A DNA stretch of 64,000 nt from Thermoproteota archaeon. Its GTDB lineage: Archaea; Korarchaeota; Korarchaeia; Korarchaeales; JAOZGB01. Where the stretch lies: NCBI GenBank assembly GCA_037917685.1, contig JAVCBU010000003.1, positions 144,264 through 208,263 on the forward strand, in the 5' to 3' direction. The translations under genes and the position numbers were made by a program. The notes under the pieces are model-generated. The model was not told where the DNA came from. It searched no databases and saw only the letters and a program-made list of their open reading frames with translations. Below, in pieces: positions 36,398 through 45,546 of this stretch. How positions within the stretch are numbered: the first letter of the stretch is position 1; each line of letters opens with the position of its first letter.

Positions 36398-36462
36398 AAT
36401 GTAAAGAATGAGGTTAAATGAATGAGGTTAAATGATGATAAATGTAAAGAATGAGGTTAAAT
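36398..36462. repeat. short AT-rich tandem/interspersed repeat
   Basis: AAATGTAAAGAATGAGGTTAAATG occurs at 36398-36420 and 36440-36462. An extra AATGAGGTTAAATG copy is at 36421-36434. Confidence 0.9.
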
Positions 36463-37017
36463 GGTTGGTTCAGCAGGGTACATATACTGTTTTTCATTGC
36501 CATCCCATTTCTCAGATATTGAGTACTCTGGAAATCTCCTAGTGTTAAACAGGCACTGGCAAAGCGGATGTGGGGCAAATATATCTCCATAGTATGCCAG
36601 GCTAGCTATTCTGCATCGGCCTGCGCATAAATCCTTCACGTTGCATATCTCACATACACCCTTTAAACGGCTCTCTATGTTCCTGTGGAGTTCACTCTAA
36701 GTTCGTTAAGGTTCTTCCTATACATGACCGTCTCCCCTTATGATTTCATGCGAAGCCTTGGTAGCTTGATGTTTTTATAGAAACGTTGTATAAACGCATC
36801 ACCAAATTATAACTGCATCCACTATCACATATTAACCCATATCGCAACCTACGCCGCAAATTCCAGTTTCTTTTATTAGTTCTTTAACTCCTTTCTTTTA
36901 TCCCTCAACGCTTTCCTCACCCCATGGAGCACCTTGCTCACAACCTGGTATACGCTTCAATCCGGATGAGCATCCAATACTACAGGTTGGTTGCATCACT
37001 ACTATATTCTTAAACAT
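36457..37017 (-). pseudogene. radical-SAM/SPASM-domain gene relic (heavily decayed and shortened)
   Basis: Open frame 36457-36696 encodes SELHRNIESRLKGVCEICNVKDLCAGRCRIASLAYYGDIFAPHPLC.. with a perfect CX2CX5CX3C at 36613-36654. Upstream fragments in other frames are IIRGDGHV*, YRKNLNEL.. and possibly MFKNIVVMQPTCSIGCSSG (a degenerate CX3CX2C). The upstream extent is uncertain. Confidence 0.55.
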
Positions 37018-37126
37018 GTCCTTTCCATCCTTTATTTTGGGTCAATGGGGTACTTATCCCTTTTATATAAATTGATCTGATAACTGGTTTAGCGAAAGTT
37101 TTAAAGGATGAGAGGTCTACCTGTGT

Positions 37127-38782
37127 GTGGAAAGGCTGGTTTTACTGGTCATTATCCTGTTCGGGTTTCCCCTTTACGGCTGGCAGCCTCCGCTTTCAGC
37201 GTCGGGTGTGATATATCCAAGACTTGGGATGCCGGCGTTTATCCAGCCGTTTGGAACGTTAAACATAACCTATACTGGGATGGAGGTTCAGAGTGTTAAG
37301 GCATACAATTTAACCCATGAAGTCCAGCTTGAAGTACTGGAAAAGATGGAAGGCGTGGATTTCAACGTGTTGACCGTAAGGCTTCCTGAAGGCCTCACAC
37401 TTGGACTCTATGGTTTAAGGTTGCGTACAGACGGCGGCCTGATGGATGAACCCAACTGCCTCTGTGTATGGACCCCAGATGACGATATCCTAATTTTGCA
37501 TGCTACAGATCTCCACTTCTCCACGGTCAGGGAGAAGATGGGTATAGAAACCTATAGCCCGAGATACTATCTTAACATGCTTATCCAGGAGGCGAATGCG
37601 TTAAAGCCTGACCTAGTAATTATGACAGGAGACAATACTGACAGCCAACTAGAGGAAGACCATGCAGAGTTCAGGAGGCTCCTAGCCGATTTTAGCGTAC
37701 CTATCATCCTGGTTATCGGCAACCATGACTTCCAGAGGCTGAGCCCGGAGCTTTTCATAACCTACCAGGGGCCTGACCATGGAGTCGTAGACCTAGGCTG
37801 GCTGTCCATATATACCATAAGCACGGACGACGGCAAGATTGTAAGAGAGCATCTAAACTGGTTGAACAAGAGCCTCCAGGAGAACGATGATAGGAAGATC
37901 GTGTGCTTCCACCATCCCCCAGTAAGCCTTAACGAGTCTGATTCTGCCGGCCTAATTAAACTGTTAAGGATCCTATCCCAGGGAGGGGTTGAAATATGCC
38001 TCCACGGACACATGCATGTAGACATGGTTGAAAAATACGATGGTGTAACATACGTAACAACAGAATCTATCACCTACTCCCAGAAGCACCACTGCAGGCT
38101 AATAAAGATCGTGAAAGACAGACCTATAGACTACGAGACACTCTACACCCTTGGAAGCTTCCTCACGGTCTCCACCGCAAATGACGGAAGCATGCAGGCC
38201 TATATAGCTAAGGCTTCAAACCCCACCGGAGAGGAGATAGAGCTGTATCCAACAGTTAAACTATCATGGATGGACAAAGAACCTGTCTTTGAAGGCGCGG
38301 AGCCGATGAGAACCTTCAAGGTGGGAAACACTGAAGTTGCGGTGCTTAAAGTACGCGTTAAACCAGGGGAGGAGAAAACAATTAGAGCATACTACTCGCT
38401 GGACAAGACAAACCCGGTGATAGAGAATCCTACGGTGAGCATAGCTGAAGATAAACTGAATATATCCTTCTCAGCGGTTGACCATGAGTGGGGGGTCATG
38501 GATGTCAAAATAGAGGTTGCAGGCGATGCAACATCATCCCAGACAGTGAAACCGAGGGACAGCCAGGTATCAACTATGGTAAAGGTTGGAGACAAATGGA
38601 AGAAGCTAACGGTAAACATAATAGTTACAGATTATGCTGGAAACACCGCAACATGGAGCAGGGAAATAGAGAGGGGGGATAGGAGGGTTCTCCTCGCCGC
38701 AACCATAGTGGCCTTAGTAGCAGGCATAGTAGCAGGTGTCATGATAAAAAGGGCTAAAGCAGAAGCTCAGGCTAGCAGGTAG
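37127..38782 (+). CDS. secreted, C-terminally anchored calcineurin-like metallophosphoesterase
   Basis: 551 aa. Signal, then ILHATDLHF, MTGDNTD, VIGNHDF, CFHHPP, LHGHMH, a beta-rich C-terminal region and the TM anchor VLLAATIVALVAGIVAGVMI. Confidence 0.8.
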   Translation: MERLVLLVIILFGFPLYGWQPPLSASGVIYPRLGMPAFIQPFGTLNITYTGMEVQSVKAYNLTHEVQLEVLEKMEGVDFNVLTVRLPEGLTLGLYGLRLRTDGGLMDEPNCLCVWTPDDDILILHATDLHFSTVREKMGIETYSPRYYLNMLIQEANALKPDLVIMTGDNTDSQLEEDHAEFRRLLADFSVPIILVIGNHDFQRLSPELFITYQGPDHGVVDLGWLSIYTISTDDGKIVREHLNWLNKSLQENDDRKIVCFHHPPVSLNESDSAGLIKLLRILSQGGVEICLHGHMHVDMVEKYDGVTYVTTESITYSQKHHCRLIKIVKDRPIDYETLYTLGSFLTVSTANDGSMQAYIAKASNPTGEEIELYPTVKLSWMDKEPVFEGAEPMRTFKVGNTEVAVLKVRVKPGEEKTIRAYYSLDKTNPVIENPTVSIAEDKLNISFSAVDHEWGVMDVKIEVAGDATSSQTVKPRDSQVSTMVKVGDKWKKLTVNIIVTDYAGNTATWSREIERGDRRVLLAATIVALVAGIVAGVMIKRAKAEAQASR

Positions 38783-38792
38783 GTCAAAAGCC

Positions 38793-39845
38793 ATGGATAG
38801 GTTCAAGCCGGTATGGCTAGACTCCCTCGGGGCTAAAAGCTTCTGCATCATGGTAACAACCCAGGACTGCTCTCTACTTATAGACCCTGGAGTCTCTGTC
38901 ATGCACCCCAGCTTTCCAGCCACGGATGAGGATAAGATTAAATGGCTTACTCAAGGGAGGCAATCCATCAAGGAAGCCGCAGGGAAAGCCGACGTAGTAA
39001 TTATCTCCCACTACCACTACGACCACTTCTCCCCTGACGACATGAGCATCTACGAGGGGAAACTACTACTCGTAAAGAATCCCAACTGCTACATCAACGA
39101 CTCCCAGCGTGAAAGAGCATATAGGTTCTTCCAAAAGCTTTACAAAACATACGGAGTAAACATGGATGATGTATTACAAAATCCTAAGCCTGCTGACTAT
39201 TCCAATCCTTTATCCACGCTACCCCTTGCGATGAGTAGAGACTATGGAGACTACAAGGAGAGAAAGATGGAACTATTGGAAAAGGGGTTAAAATGGTTTA
39301 AACGCCGGGTGGAGAAGTGGAACAGCTATAAACAAATCCCTGAGATAAACATGGGCAAGCTGAAGGTTAGATTTGCAGATGGGAAAACGATAAGGATCGG
39401 CGACACTAAAATATCGTTTTCAAAACCTCTGTTTCACGGAATCGAGTTTTCAAGGGTTGGATGGGTCTTCATGACGATAGTAGAGCACAAAGGGTGGAAA
39501 CTAATCCACACAAGCGATTTGAACGGGCCAATAATCGAAGACTACGCAGATTTAGTGATCAAAGAGAACCCTGACGTTCTCTTCATAGACGGTCCAATGA
39601 CATATATGTATGGCTACACTCTGAACAGGATAAACCTGAATAGGGCAGTAGAAAATGCTGCAAGGATTGTAAAAGAGACGGATACAAAACTAATAATCTA
39701 TGACCACCACCTGCCAAGAGAGCCCAAATTCAGGGAGCACACAATGAAAGTGTGGGAAACAGCAGGGCAAGAAGGGAAAAGAGTATTAACAGCAGCAGAA
39801 TATCTCGGCTTAAAACCTAGAGTCCTACTGTCCTTTAGGGGATAG
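38793..39845 (+). CDS. MBL-fold metallo-hydrolase-like protein
   Basis: 350 aa with SLLIDPGVS and VVIISHYHYDHF. Confidence 0.6.
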   Translation: MDRFKPVWLDSLGAKSFCIMVTTQDCSLLIDPGVSVMHPSFPATDEDKIKWLTQGRQSIKEAAGKADVVIISHYHYDHFSPDDMSIYEGKLLLVKNPNCYINDSQRERAYRFFQKLYKTYGVNMDDVLQNPKPADYSNPLSTLPLAMSRDYGDYKERKMELLEKGLKWFKRRVEKWNSYKQIPEINMGKLKVRFADGKTIRIGDTKISFSKPLFHGIEFSRVGWVFMTIVEHKGWKLIHTSDLNGPIIEDYADLVIKENPDVLFIDGPMTYMYGYTLNRINLNRAVENAARIVKETDTKLIIYDHHLPREPKFREHTMKVWETAGQEGKRVLTAAEYLGLKPRVLLSFRG

Positions 39846-39857
39846 TAACCTAATGAT

Positions 39858-40049
39858 TCAGAGTGTTCCAAGGTTATCGTCTCTGCGTGGAACATGTAGT
39901 CTAAGCCTGGATGCATACTCCTCCACGGCCTTTCTAACAGAAAAATAACATGCAGAAGCGCATTTATTCAGGCATCCATGTGAAAAATCCGATTCAGCCT
40001 CCTCAAGCAGTAGAAGCGGCTTCCATGAACTTTTCAATTGTTGGGTCAC
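39858..40049 (-). pseudogene. HEPN-like fragment (N-terminal half only)
   Basis: 63 aa. LLLEEAESDFSHGCLNKCASACYFSVRKAVEEYAS resembles the first HEPN helices. The RxxxxH half is absent. Confidence 0.3.
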
Positions 40050-40305
40050 CCTTCTGGACTATCATGTAGCTTATCGTAGACCTGTACCTCTCATTAGTCT
40101 CCAATGCCGCCTTTGCCACAGCCATACTGGTGTCTCTGTCAAGCCTATCCACAACCACCAACACATTAGAATCCATGAAGTATGCATCAGGGTTTGGAGA
40201 CGCCACGACCTCAATTATCCCTTCATCAAGACCTCTCCTAAGCTCCCGGGCAAACTCGTGAAGCATCTCCCGCCAGTCATTCCGAAAATCTAGAACTAAG
40301 GCCAT
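40003..40305 (-). CDS. hypothetical protein, possibly a degenerate MNT-like partner of the HEPN fragment
   Basis: 100 aa. DSNVLVVVDRLD resembles the acidic strand of minimal nucleotidyltransferases, but the GS motif is missing. Confidence 0.3.
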   Translation of the reverse strand: MALVLDFRNDWREMLHEFARELRRGLDEGIIEVVASPNPDAYFMDSNVLVVVDRLDRDTSMAVAKAALETNERYRSTISYMIVQKGDPTIEKFMEAASTA

Positions 40306-40583
40306 ACAATCATTAGTAAGCTCCAGGGAATATTAAATCTAAGTATACCTAGTGGAATAGTATAGAGTCGGGAGGGCTAAGCTACATCTTTAAATCTCCT
40401 CAAATCGCTCTGTTACCACATTCAAACCTTTAAACAACTAGGAGAATAGCATCCGCAAATCCTACTTCTATACCGAGATTAAAAGAACTCAGCAGCAAGT
40501 CCGCAATACGCGTTGGTAACCCCGAGAGGAAACTGTTAAAAACAGGATTGATCTGTCCTTAAATTGTTCAGTTCTAGCTTTGC

Positions 40584-41341
40584 ATGGTAAAGCCTAGCCC
40601 CGTTACTGACCTCCAATGGAAGAGTCCACCTGTTATAGGTGGACTATTAACAGGTAGTCAAAGCGTCCTATCGGTCGGATTTGACAACATAGGTGATGTA
40701 GCCTCATCGTATTTCGCATGGAGGTTTTCAGAGGAAGCTTTGAAACCTCCAGACTCGGAGCATCACTATGGAACACCTAAGACTTGACGCTGCGTCGGGT
40801 GTCCTAACTTCATCTCTTATGCTGGCTTCAGGCCTCCTACCGTCTTATATTATACTTGAGAATGTACGCTTGAACCACCTAGCCGTCAAGCTTGAAGCTT
40901 CAGGTGTGGCTCTACTATCACTCAGCCTGAACGCTGTAAGACTAAAGATTTATACAAGGACTTGTAGGCTTTCTTGGAGCCCTACTTGGATCCGTAGTCT
41001 CTCCAATGTTAGATACCGCCTGCGGGATCCTAATACTAACATATATTCTACTCAGCCCTGAACTCTTTCAAAGGGTGTTTACAGCTGTATACGACATTTC
41101 ATCTGATGAAAATGTTGTTAACAGTATTTCAAGATCTATAAGTAATGTTGAAGGAGTGGAGTCACACCACAAACTCAGATGTAGACTTGTAGGCAAATAC
41201 GTCTATGTGGACGTTCACATATTAGTTAACCCAAACCATAGCGTTGAAAAATTCCATGAAATAGCCACAAAGGTCGCAGAGAAGGTTAAAGATGAAAATC
41301 CTATGGTTAAAGATGTAGTGGTTCACATAGAGCCAGCATAA
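40584..41341 (+). pseudogene. cation diffusion facilitator (CDF) transporter, disrupted by at least two frameshifts
   Basis: Three consecutive frames. Frame 1: GGLLTGSQSVLSVGFDNIGDVASS...KPPDSEHHYG. Frame 2: TM segments. Frame 3: the C-terminal cytoplasmic domain ..VEGVESHHKLRCRLVGKYVYVDVHILVNPNHSVEKFHEIATKVAEKVKDENPMVKDVVVHIEPA. Further decayed N-terminal sequence may extend upstream to about 40470. Confidence 0.7.
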
Positions 41342-41440
41342 ACCTTAAACCGCATGTAAAGATGAAACCCGCGGACAATCTGTCAGTGTTAGACATCCAA
41401 GCCGACAAGGAGAAAACAGGAATTACCCTAACTGCAGATA

Positions 41441-42226
41441 TTAAATCAGAGAAAGCGTTAGCGCCGCTATAGAAAATAGTTTTCTCGATATTGCTTCCTT
41501 CTCCCCTTTTCCTCTCTTCCTGTAGTACCATCTTCTCCGGGTAAGTCTGTCCCCAGCGTAGAATAGGGCTGCAAGCCTAACATTTCTATACATGGCAACC
41601 GCGAAACATGCTGATGCTTCCATGTCAACACATACTGCTCCCATCTCCCTGAACTTTAATATTCTCCGAGGAGTCTCCCTGTAAGGAGCATCCGTCGTCC
41701 AAACTCTTCCTAAGTGAAATTTTATATTCAGCCTTTCGCAGGCTTTTTTAAGCCCCTCCACTAAGCCTGGTGATGGCTTCGCCTCAACCTGTGGTGGCAG
41801 GTAGTGGTAGGAAGTTCCTTCGTCTCTAATTGACCCTGTTGGAATTATTATTTCCCCCACGGGTATCTTTCTTAAAACACCAGCTCCCCCAATCAAGATG
41901 AACTCCCTACCTCCCATGAATATAAGCTCCTCAAGGGTGGTAGCTGCCATTGGGGCCCCAATGGTGATAAACATGAAACCTATAGGTGGCTTTCCCCCTA
42001 TTATGTATAGGTTAGGGTACCATTCTACACTATAACCTATCTTTTCAACCATATTCTTAAGATTCCTCATGTATTCAAAGGTTAAAACATACTTCTTGAC
42101 ATTTGAAAGTTCCTCTACCTTCCTGTGGCGTTCGGCAACCCTAAACCAGTCGCTTGGCGATATGACTCCGTCCTGGTCGAGATCCTTGATAAACAACGGA
42201 ATATCAGGATAAACTCTAGGCCTCAC
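41441..42226 (-). CDS. nucleoside phosphorylase (PNP/UDP family)
   Basis: 261 aa with ITIGAPMAATTLEELIFMGGREFILIGGAG, PTGSIRDEGTSYHY, VWTTDAPYRET and VCVDMEASA. Confidence 0.65.
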   Translation of the reverse strand: MRPRVYPDIPLFIKDLDQDGVISPSDWFRVAERHRKVEELSNVKKYVLTFEYMRNLKNMVEKIGYSVEWYPNLYIIGGKPPIGFMFITIGAPMAATTLEELIFMGGREFILIGGAGVLRKIPVGEIIIPTGSIRDEGTSYHYLPPQVEAKPSPGLVEGLKKACERLNIKFHLGRVWTTDAPYRETPRRILKFREMGAVCVDMEASACFAVAMYRNVRLAALFYAGDRLTRRRWYYRKRGKGEKEAISRKLFSIAALTLSLI

Positions 42227-42303
42227 ACGTGGAAGAAGATACTACGAAAATAAATAAGTTGCTGGATATCCCGATCATCCCTCACCGTTAACTTCTTAGT
42301 TGT

Positions 42304-42960
42304 TTAGCAGTGATATACTCCGATCGAGACTTCTTTACTATCAATCCTTCTAAGCTTCGCAGCTATCTCTCTGGGCAGCAGGTCCCCTACCCATCCTATC
42401 CACCTCAATCTGAAGATATTTATTAGGCGTAGAACTCTAAGCACGTCTCTATAGGTGTAGAAGATTATCTTTCCTTTCGGCCTGCAAGCCTTTATCAGCT
42501 TATCTATCATTTCTTCAAGATCGTCAGCCAGAACATTGTAAGGGTCGAAAAATATGAAGTCGAAGGTTTTAGTTCCAAGATCTATGTCAACTATGTTCCC
42601 AACAGTAAAATTTCTGGCATACTCGGGCAGAATAGTTTGTCTAGCCTGCCTGATTGATTCCTCGATGAAGTCAATACCATAGGGTACTATTTTGTACTTG
42701 CTTCTCGTAAGAAGGTGACGTAGCATAAGCCCATTTCCACAGCCAAGGTCAATAACCTTCCCGTCATGATCTATTAGGCTGAGAAAAATGTTATAGATCT
42801 CCTCAGGGTAACTCCTGAAACCATTTGGCATAAGTATGTCCGACCCGTCATTGTTCTTCCAGTACATTTCCCACAACCCACGTTTTCTTGCACTATAGAA
42901 CTTCTCCCTATCTTTCATATCTACTGATGATATCATGTAACTGTTATATAAAACTGGCAA
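42304..42960 (-). CDS. class I SAM-dependent methyltransferase
   Basis: 218 aa with VIDLGCGNGLM, GIDFIEES, FDFIFF and CRPKGKIIF. Confidence 0.75.
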   Translation of the reverse strand: MPVLYNSYMISSVDMKDREKFYSARKRGLWEMYWKNNDGSDILMPNGFRSYPEEIYNIFLSLIDHDGKVIDLGCGNGLMLRHLLTRSKYKIVPYGIDFIEESIRQARQTILPEYARNFTVGNIVDIDLGTKTFDFIFFDPYNVLADDLEEMIDKLIKACRPKGKIIFYTYRDVLRVLRLINIFRLRWIGWVGDLLPREIAAKLRRIDSKEVSIGVYHC

Positions 42961-43165
42961 ATGTAGGTTGGAGGCAGGCTATCTCTAGTGTGGTCGATTT
43001 AAGCGTCTTTAGGAGGATCTTAAAATTTTACTCCTACTCCTATTATACAGCCATACCTAACGCTCTAAACTCTTACTACAATGTTCACATGTAACTTCAC
43101 TTCTAATCTAAAATAGTAATGCTACCTAACCCGTAAAGCAATACAGTTTTAAGTATTAATTCTTT

Positions 43166-43977
43166 ATGCAAATCTTGATGTCTAAGAATAATAAAATAAG
43201 GATTGAGGATTTAAACCTCGAAAATATCAACGATCTATCTCTCTGCATAGGTAGCGAAATGGCTGAGAATCCCTTGTTTAAAAGAGGGTTAGCGGAGAAA
43301 AAGAAGTGGGCACAGGCTATGATAGAGAAGGGCTTTCCTCTTGCAAAAATAGCTTATTCGGGTTCAAAACCTATAGGGCTTATTCAGTATAGGTTAAAGC
43401 CCGAGGAGAGAATTATCTGGATAGACTGTATATATGTTCACGGGAAGGAAAACCAACATAGAGGAGTCGGTAAAGCTCTTCTGCAAAGCTTAATAAGAGA
43501 CGTTGAGAAACCTATGGCAGCTTTGAACGGTAAGCCTCCAAGGGCGCTCGTAACCTACGCATTTGAGACAGAAGCCGGATACCCACAGCACCTTTTCTAT
43601 TTGAAGATGGGCTTCAAGAAGGTCGGCGAGGGCGATCCTCACCTCCTTTACCTTCCATTTGAAGCGGGCTACGTGTATAAACTATACGTAAAACCTACAA
43701 GCCTATCAAGGAGGATAAAGGGAAAGCGGTAATATTATACTTCCCTGATTGCCCATTCTCCTACTACTTCGCTGACAAGATGAGAAGAATAATTAAGGAT
43801 GTAGCTCCCAATCTCCCCATTGAGATAATCAACACCTTTGAGAAGCCTGAGGAGCCCGAGAAAAGGCACTCGGAGCCTTTCACATGCATAGTTAACATGA
43901 AACAGATCGAAACATTCGTAACAGACGAAGAAGCGTTTAGAAAAGAGGTTAAGGAGGCGTGTTCAAACCAGGCATAG
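43166..43977 (+). pseudogene. GNAT acetyltransferase with YoaP-like/thioredoxin-like C-terminal domain, split by a frameshift
   Basis: The GNAT frame 43166-43732 (..QHRGVGKALL..) ends GKR*. A second frame is open from 43681 and reads ..KPIKEDKGKAVILYFPDCPFSYYFADKMRRIIKDV...SEPFTCIVNMKQIETFV.. to 43977. It has no start codon before ATG 43780, which falls inside the domain. Confidence 0.6.
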
Positions 43978-44074
43978 AATTTGCATGAGCGGAAGTCTGA
44001 TCTGAGCAGGCTTAATGGCCTCCCATAGTATAGCTTAGGTAACAGATATACCTTAGCTATACTATATCTGTTAC

Positions 44075-45364
44075 CTATGCGGTGTTTTCCACACTATTTT
44101 GTCTAATGATGGTATATGGGCCGTCGGGGATTATTGCGATAGATTTTTCACTGTTCTCCCTTACTCCTGCCTCTTCGAGCGCTTCTTCAAACTGTCTGAC
44201 TGCTTTTAAACCCATCCTTTCCGCATCCTTCCTGCCCAAGTGTTCAGATACAACTATAATGTTAGCTTTAAGCATTATTCTTGCAAGTATCTGCGCCTCC
44301 CACTGGTCTCTTAAAGGCTCGTTCTCACGGATGTATTCCAGCACGTCTCTTGGACTTTCACCGATTTCCATAAGCCTCTGAAAATCAGGATGAGCTACTC
44401 CGTCCCTGCACTCCGAAACTATGATTATCGTACCGCCCTTCTTAACTACTGACTCAGCAGTTGACATTCCCTTAACAGCTTGGTAAAGGTTCCTGTCCAA
44501 CGGGTACCCACCGTTGCTTGTGACCACTACGTCATACCTCGTGGTGACATCCACGGTGGATTCCTGTGAAACCTTTCTTGTAGCCCTCAGATACGCATCG
44601 TCCACATTCCCCGCGTAAACGCCAGATATCTTTCTCCCACTTACAGTTACATTAACAATTAAGTCCAGCCCCGCCATCCGGCCAGCCTGCCATATATCCT
44701 CGTGAATGGGGTTCCCTTCCAAGACGCCGGCCCGCGCCCGGGGGTGCCCTATCATTTTATAGCTGTGATTTTGGTAGACTGTTTCGGTTGATGAGATTCC
44801 TGGAAGGATGCTCTTGTAGCCTCCACTAAACCCGGCGAAGAAGTGGGGCTCCACAAGCCCCGTAGCTATCTTGAACTTTGCCTCGATGAAAGACCTGTTT
44901 ATCCAAACATTGGTTCCAAAAGTGGTGCGTCCAAGAAACACATGCTGGTCCATGTCGTCTGAGACATGGTTTAGAACATTATATCTCCCAACTATATCCT
45001 CACCAAGGTTTTCAGCGAGCTCTCCACGTGTCATAGGTTTATGGAGCCCGTTTGCAACCAGTATCGTCAAATACTCGGTTTTCACACCTTCGGACTCTAG
45101 CTGTTTTAGAAGAATTGGAAGAATTAGATCGTTAAAAGCAAGCCTGGTCTTATCGCTAACAACAATACAAATTCTGCCCCCGCTTTCCCTTATCCTTTCT
45201 TTACAGCTCTTAACGGCGAAGGCGATGGGATTTTCCAAATCTACGCGTGCTTCTTCAATAACAGTCCTCCTAGGCTTAAATACATCTACACTGTTCCCCC
45301 CGGGTATCTCTACTTCGAGAAAACTTTGACCATAAGGAATCTTCAATTCAAACACTATACCCAT
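44075..45364 (-). CDS. LarA-family nickel-pincer-dependent racemase/epimerase-like protein (DUF2088)
   Basis: 429 aa with IVVSDKTR, ANGLHKP, GFSGGYKS and EGNPIHED. Confidence 0.7.
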   Translation of the reverse strand: MGIVFELKIPYGQSFLEVEIPGGNSVDVFKPRRTVIEEARVDLENPIAFAVKSCKERIRESGGRICIVVSDKTRLAFNDLILPILLKQLESEGVKTEYLTILVANGLHKPMTRGELAENLGEDIVGRYNVLNHVSDDMDQHVFLGRTTFGTNVWINRSFIEAKFKIATGLVEPHFFAGFSGGYKSILPGISSTETVYQNHSYKMIGHPRARAGVLEGNPIHEDIWQAGRMAGLDLIVNVTVSGRKISGVYAGNVDDAYLRATRKVSQESTVDVTTRYDVVVTSNGGYPLDRNLYQAVKGMSTAESVVKKGGTIIIVSECRDGVAHPDFQRLMEIGESPRDVLEYIRENEPLRDQWEAQILARIMLKANIIVVSEHLGRKDAERMGLKAVRQFEEALEEAGVRENSEKSIAIIPDGPYTIIRQNSVENTA

Positions 45365-45546
45365 CCTCCATCCTATTTTAATATTCTTAACATGGACCCG
45401 CTACGGTCCAGCCATAATTTCCATAAGCGTTTACAAAGTATCAGGGATGGTTTCGCTGGATGATTGGTATAGCTGGCGTACGGGTCTAGTGTTTCGTATG
45501 CGAATGTCTAGGTATGTTTAAAATTACATAGGGGGCATTTATCCAG

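Noticed and set aside
36432-36438. ATGATGA C-box-like heptamer suggesting a C/D box sRNA
   Set aside because: There is no CTGA D or D' box at the required spacing on this strand. The heptamer is part of the AT-rich repeat.
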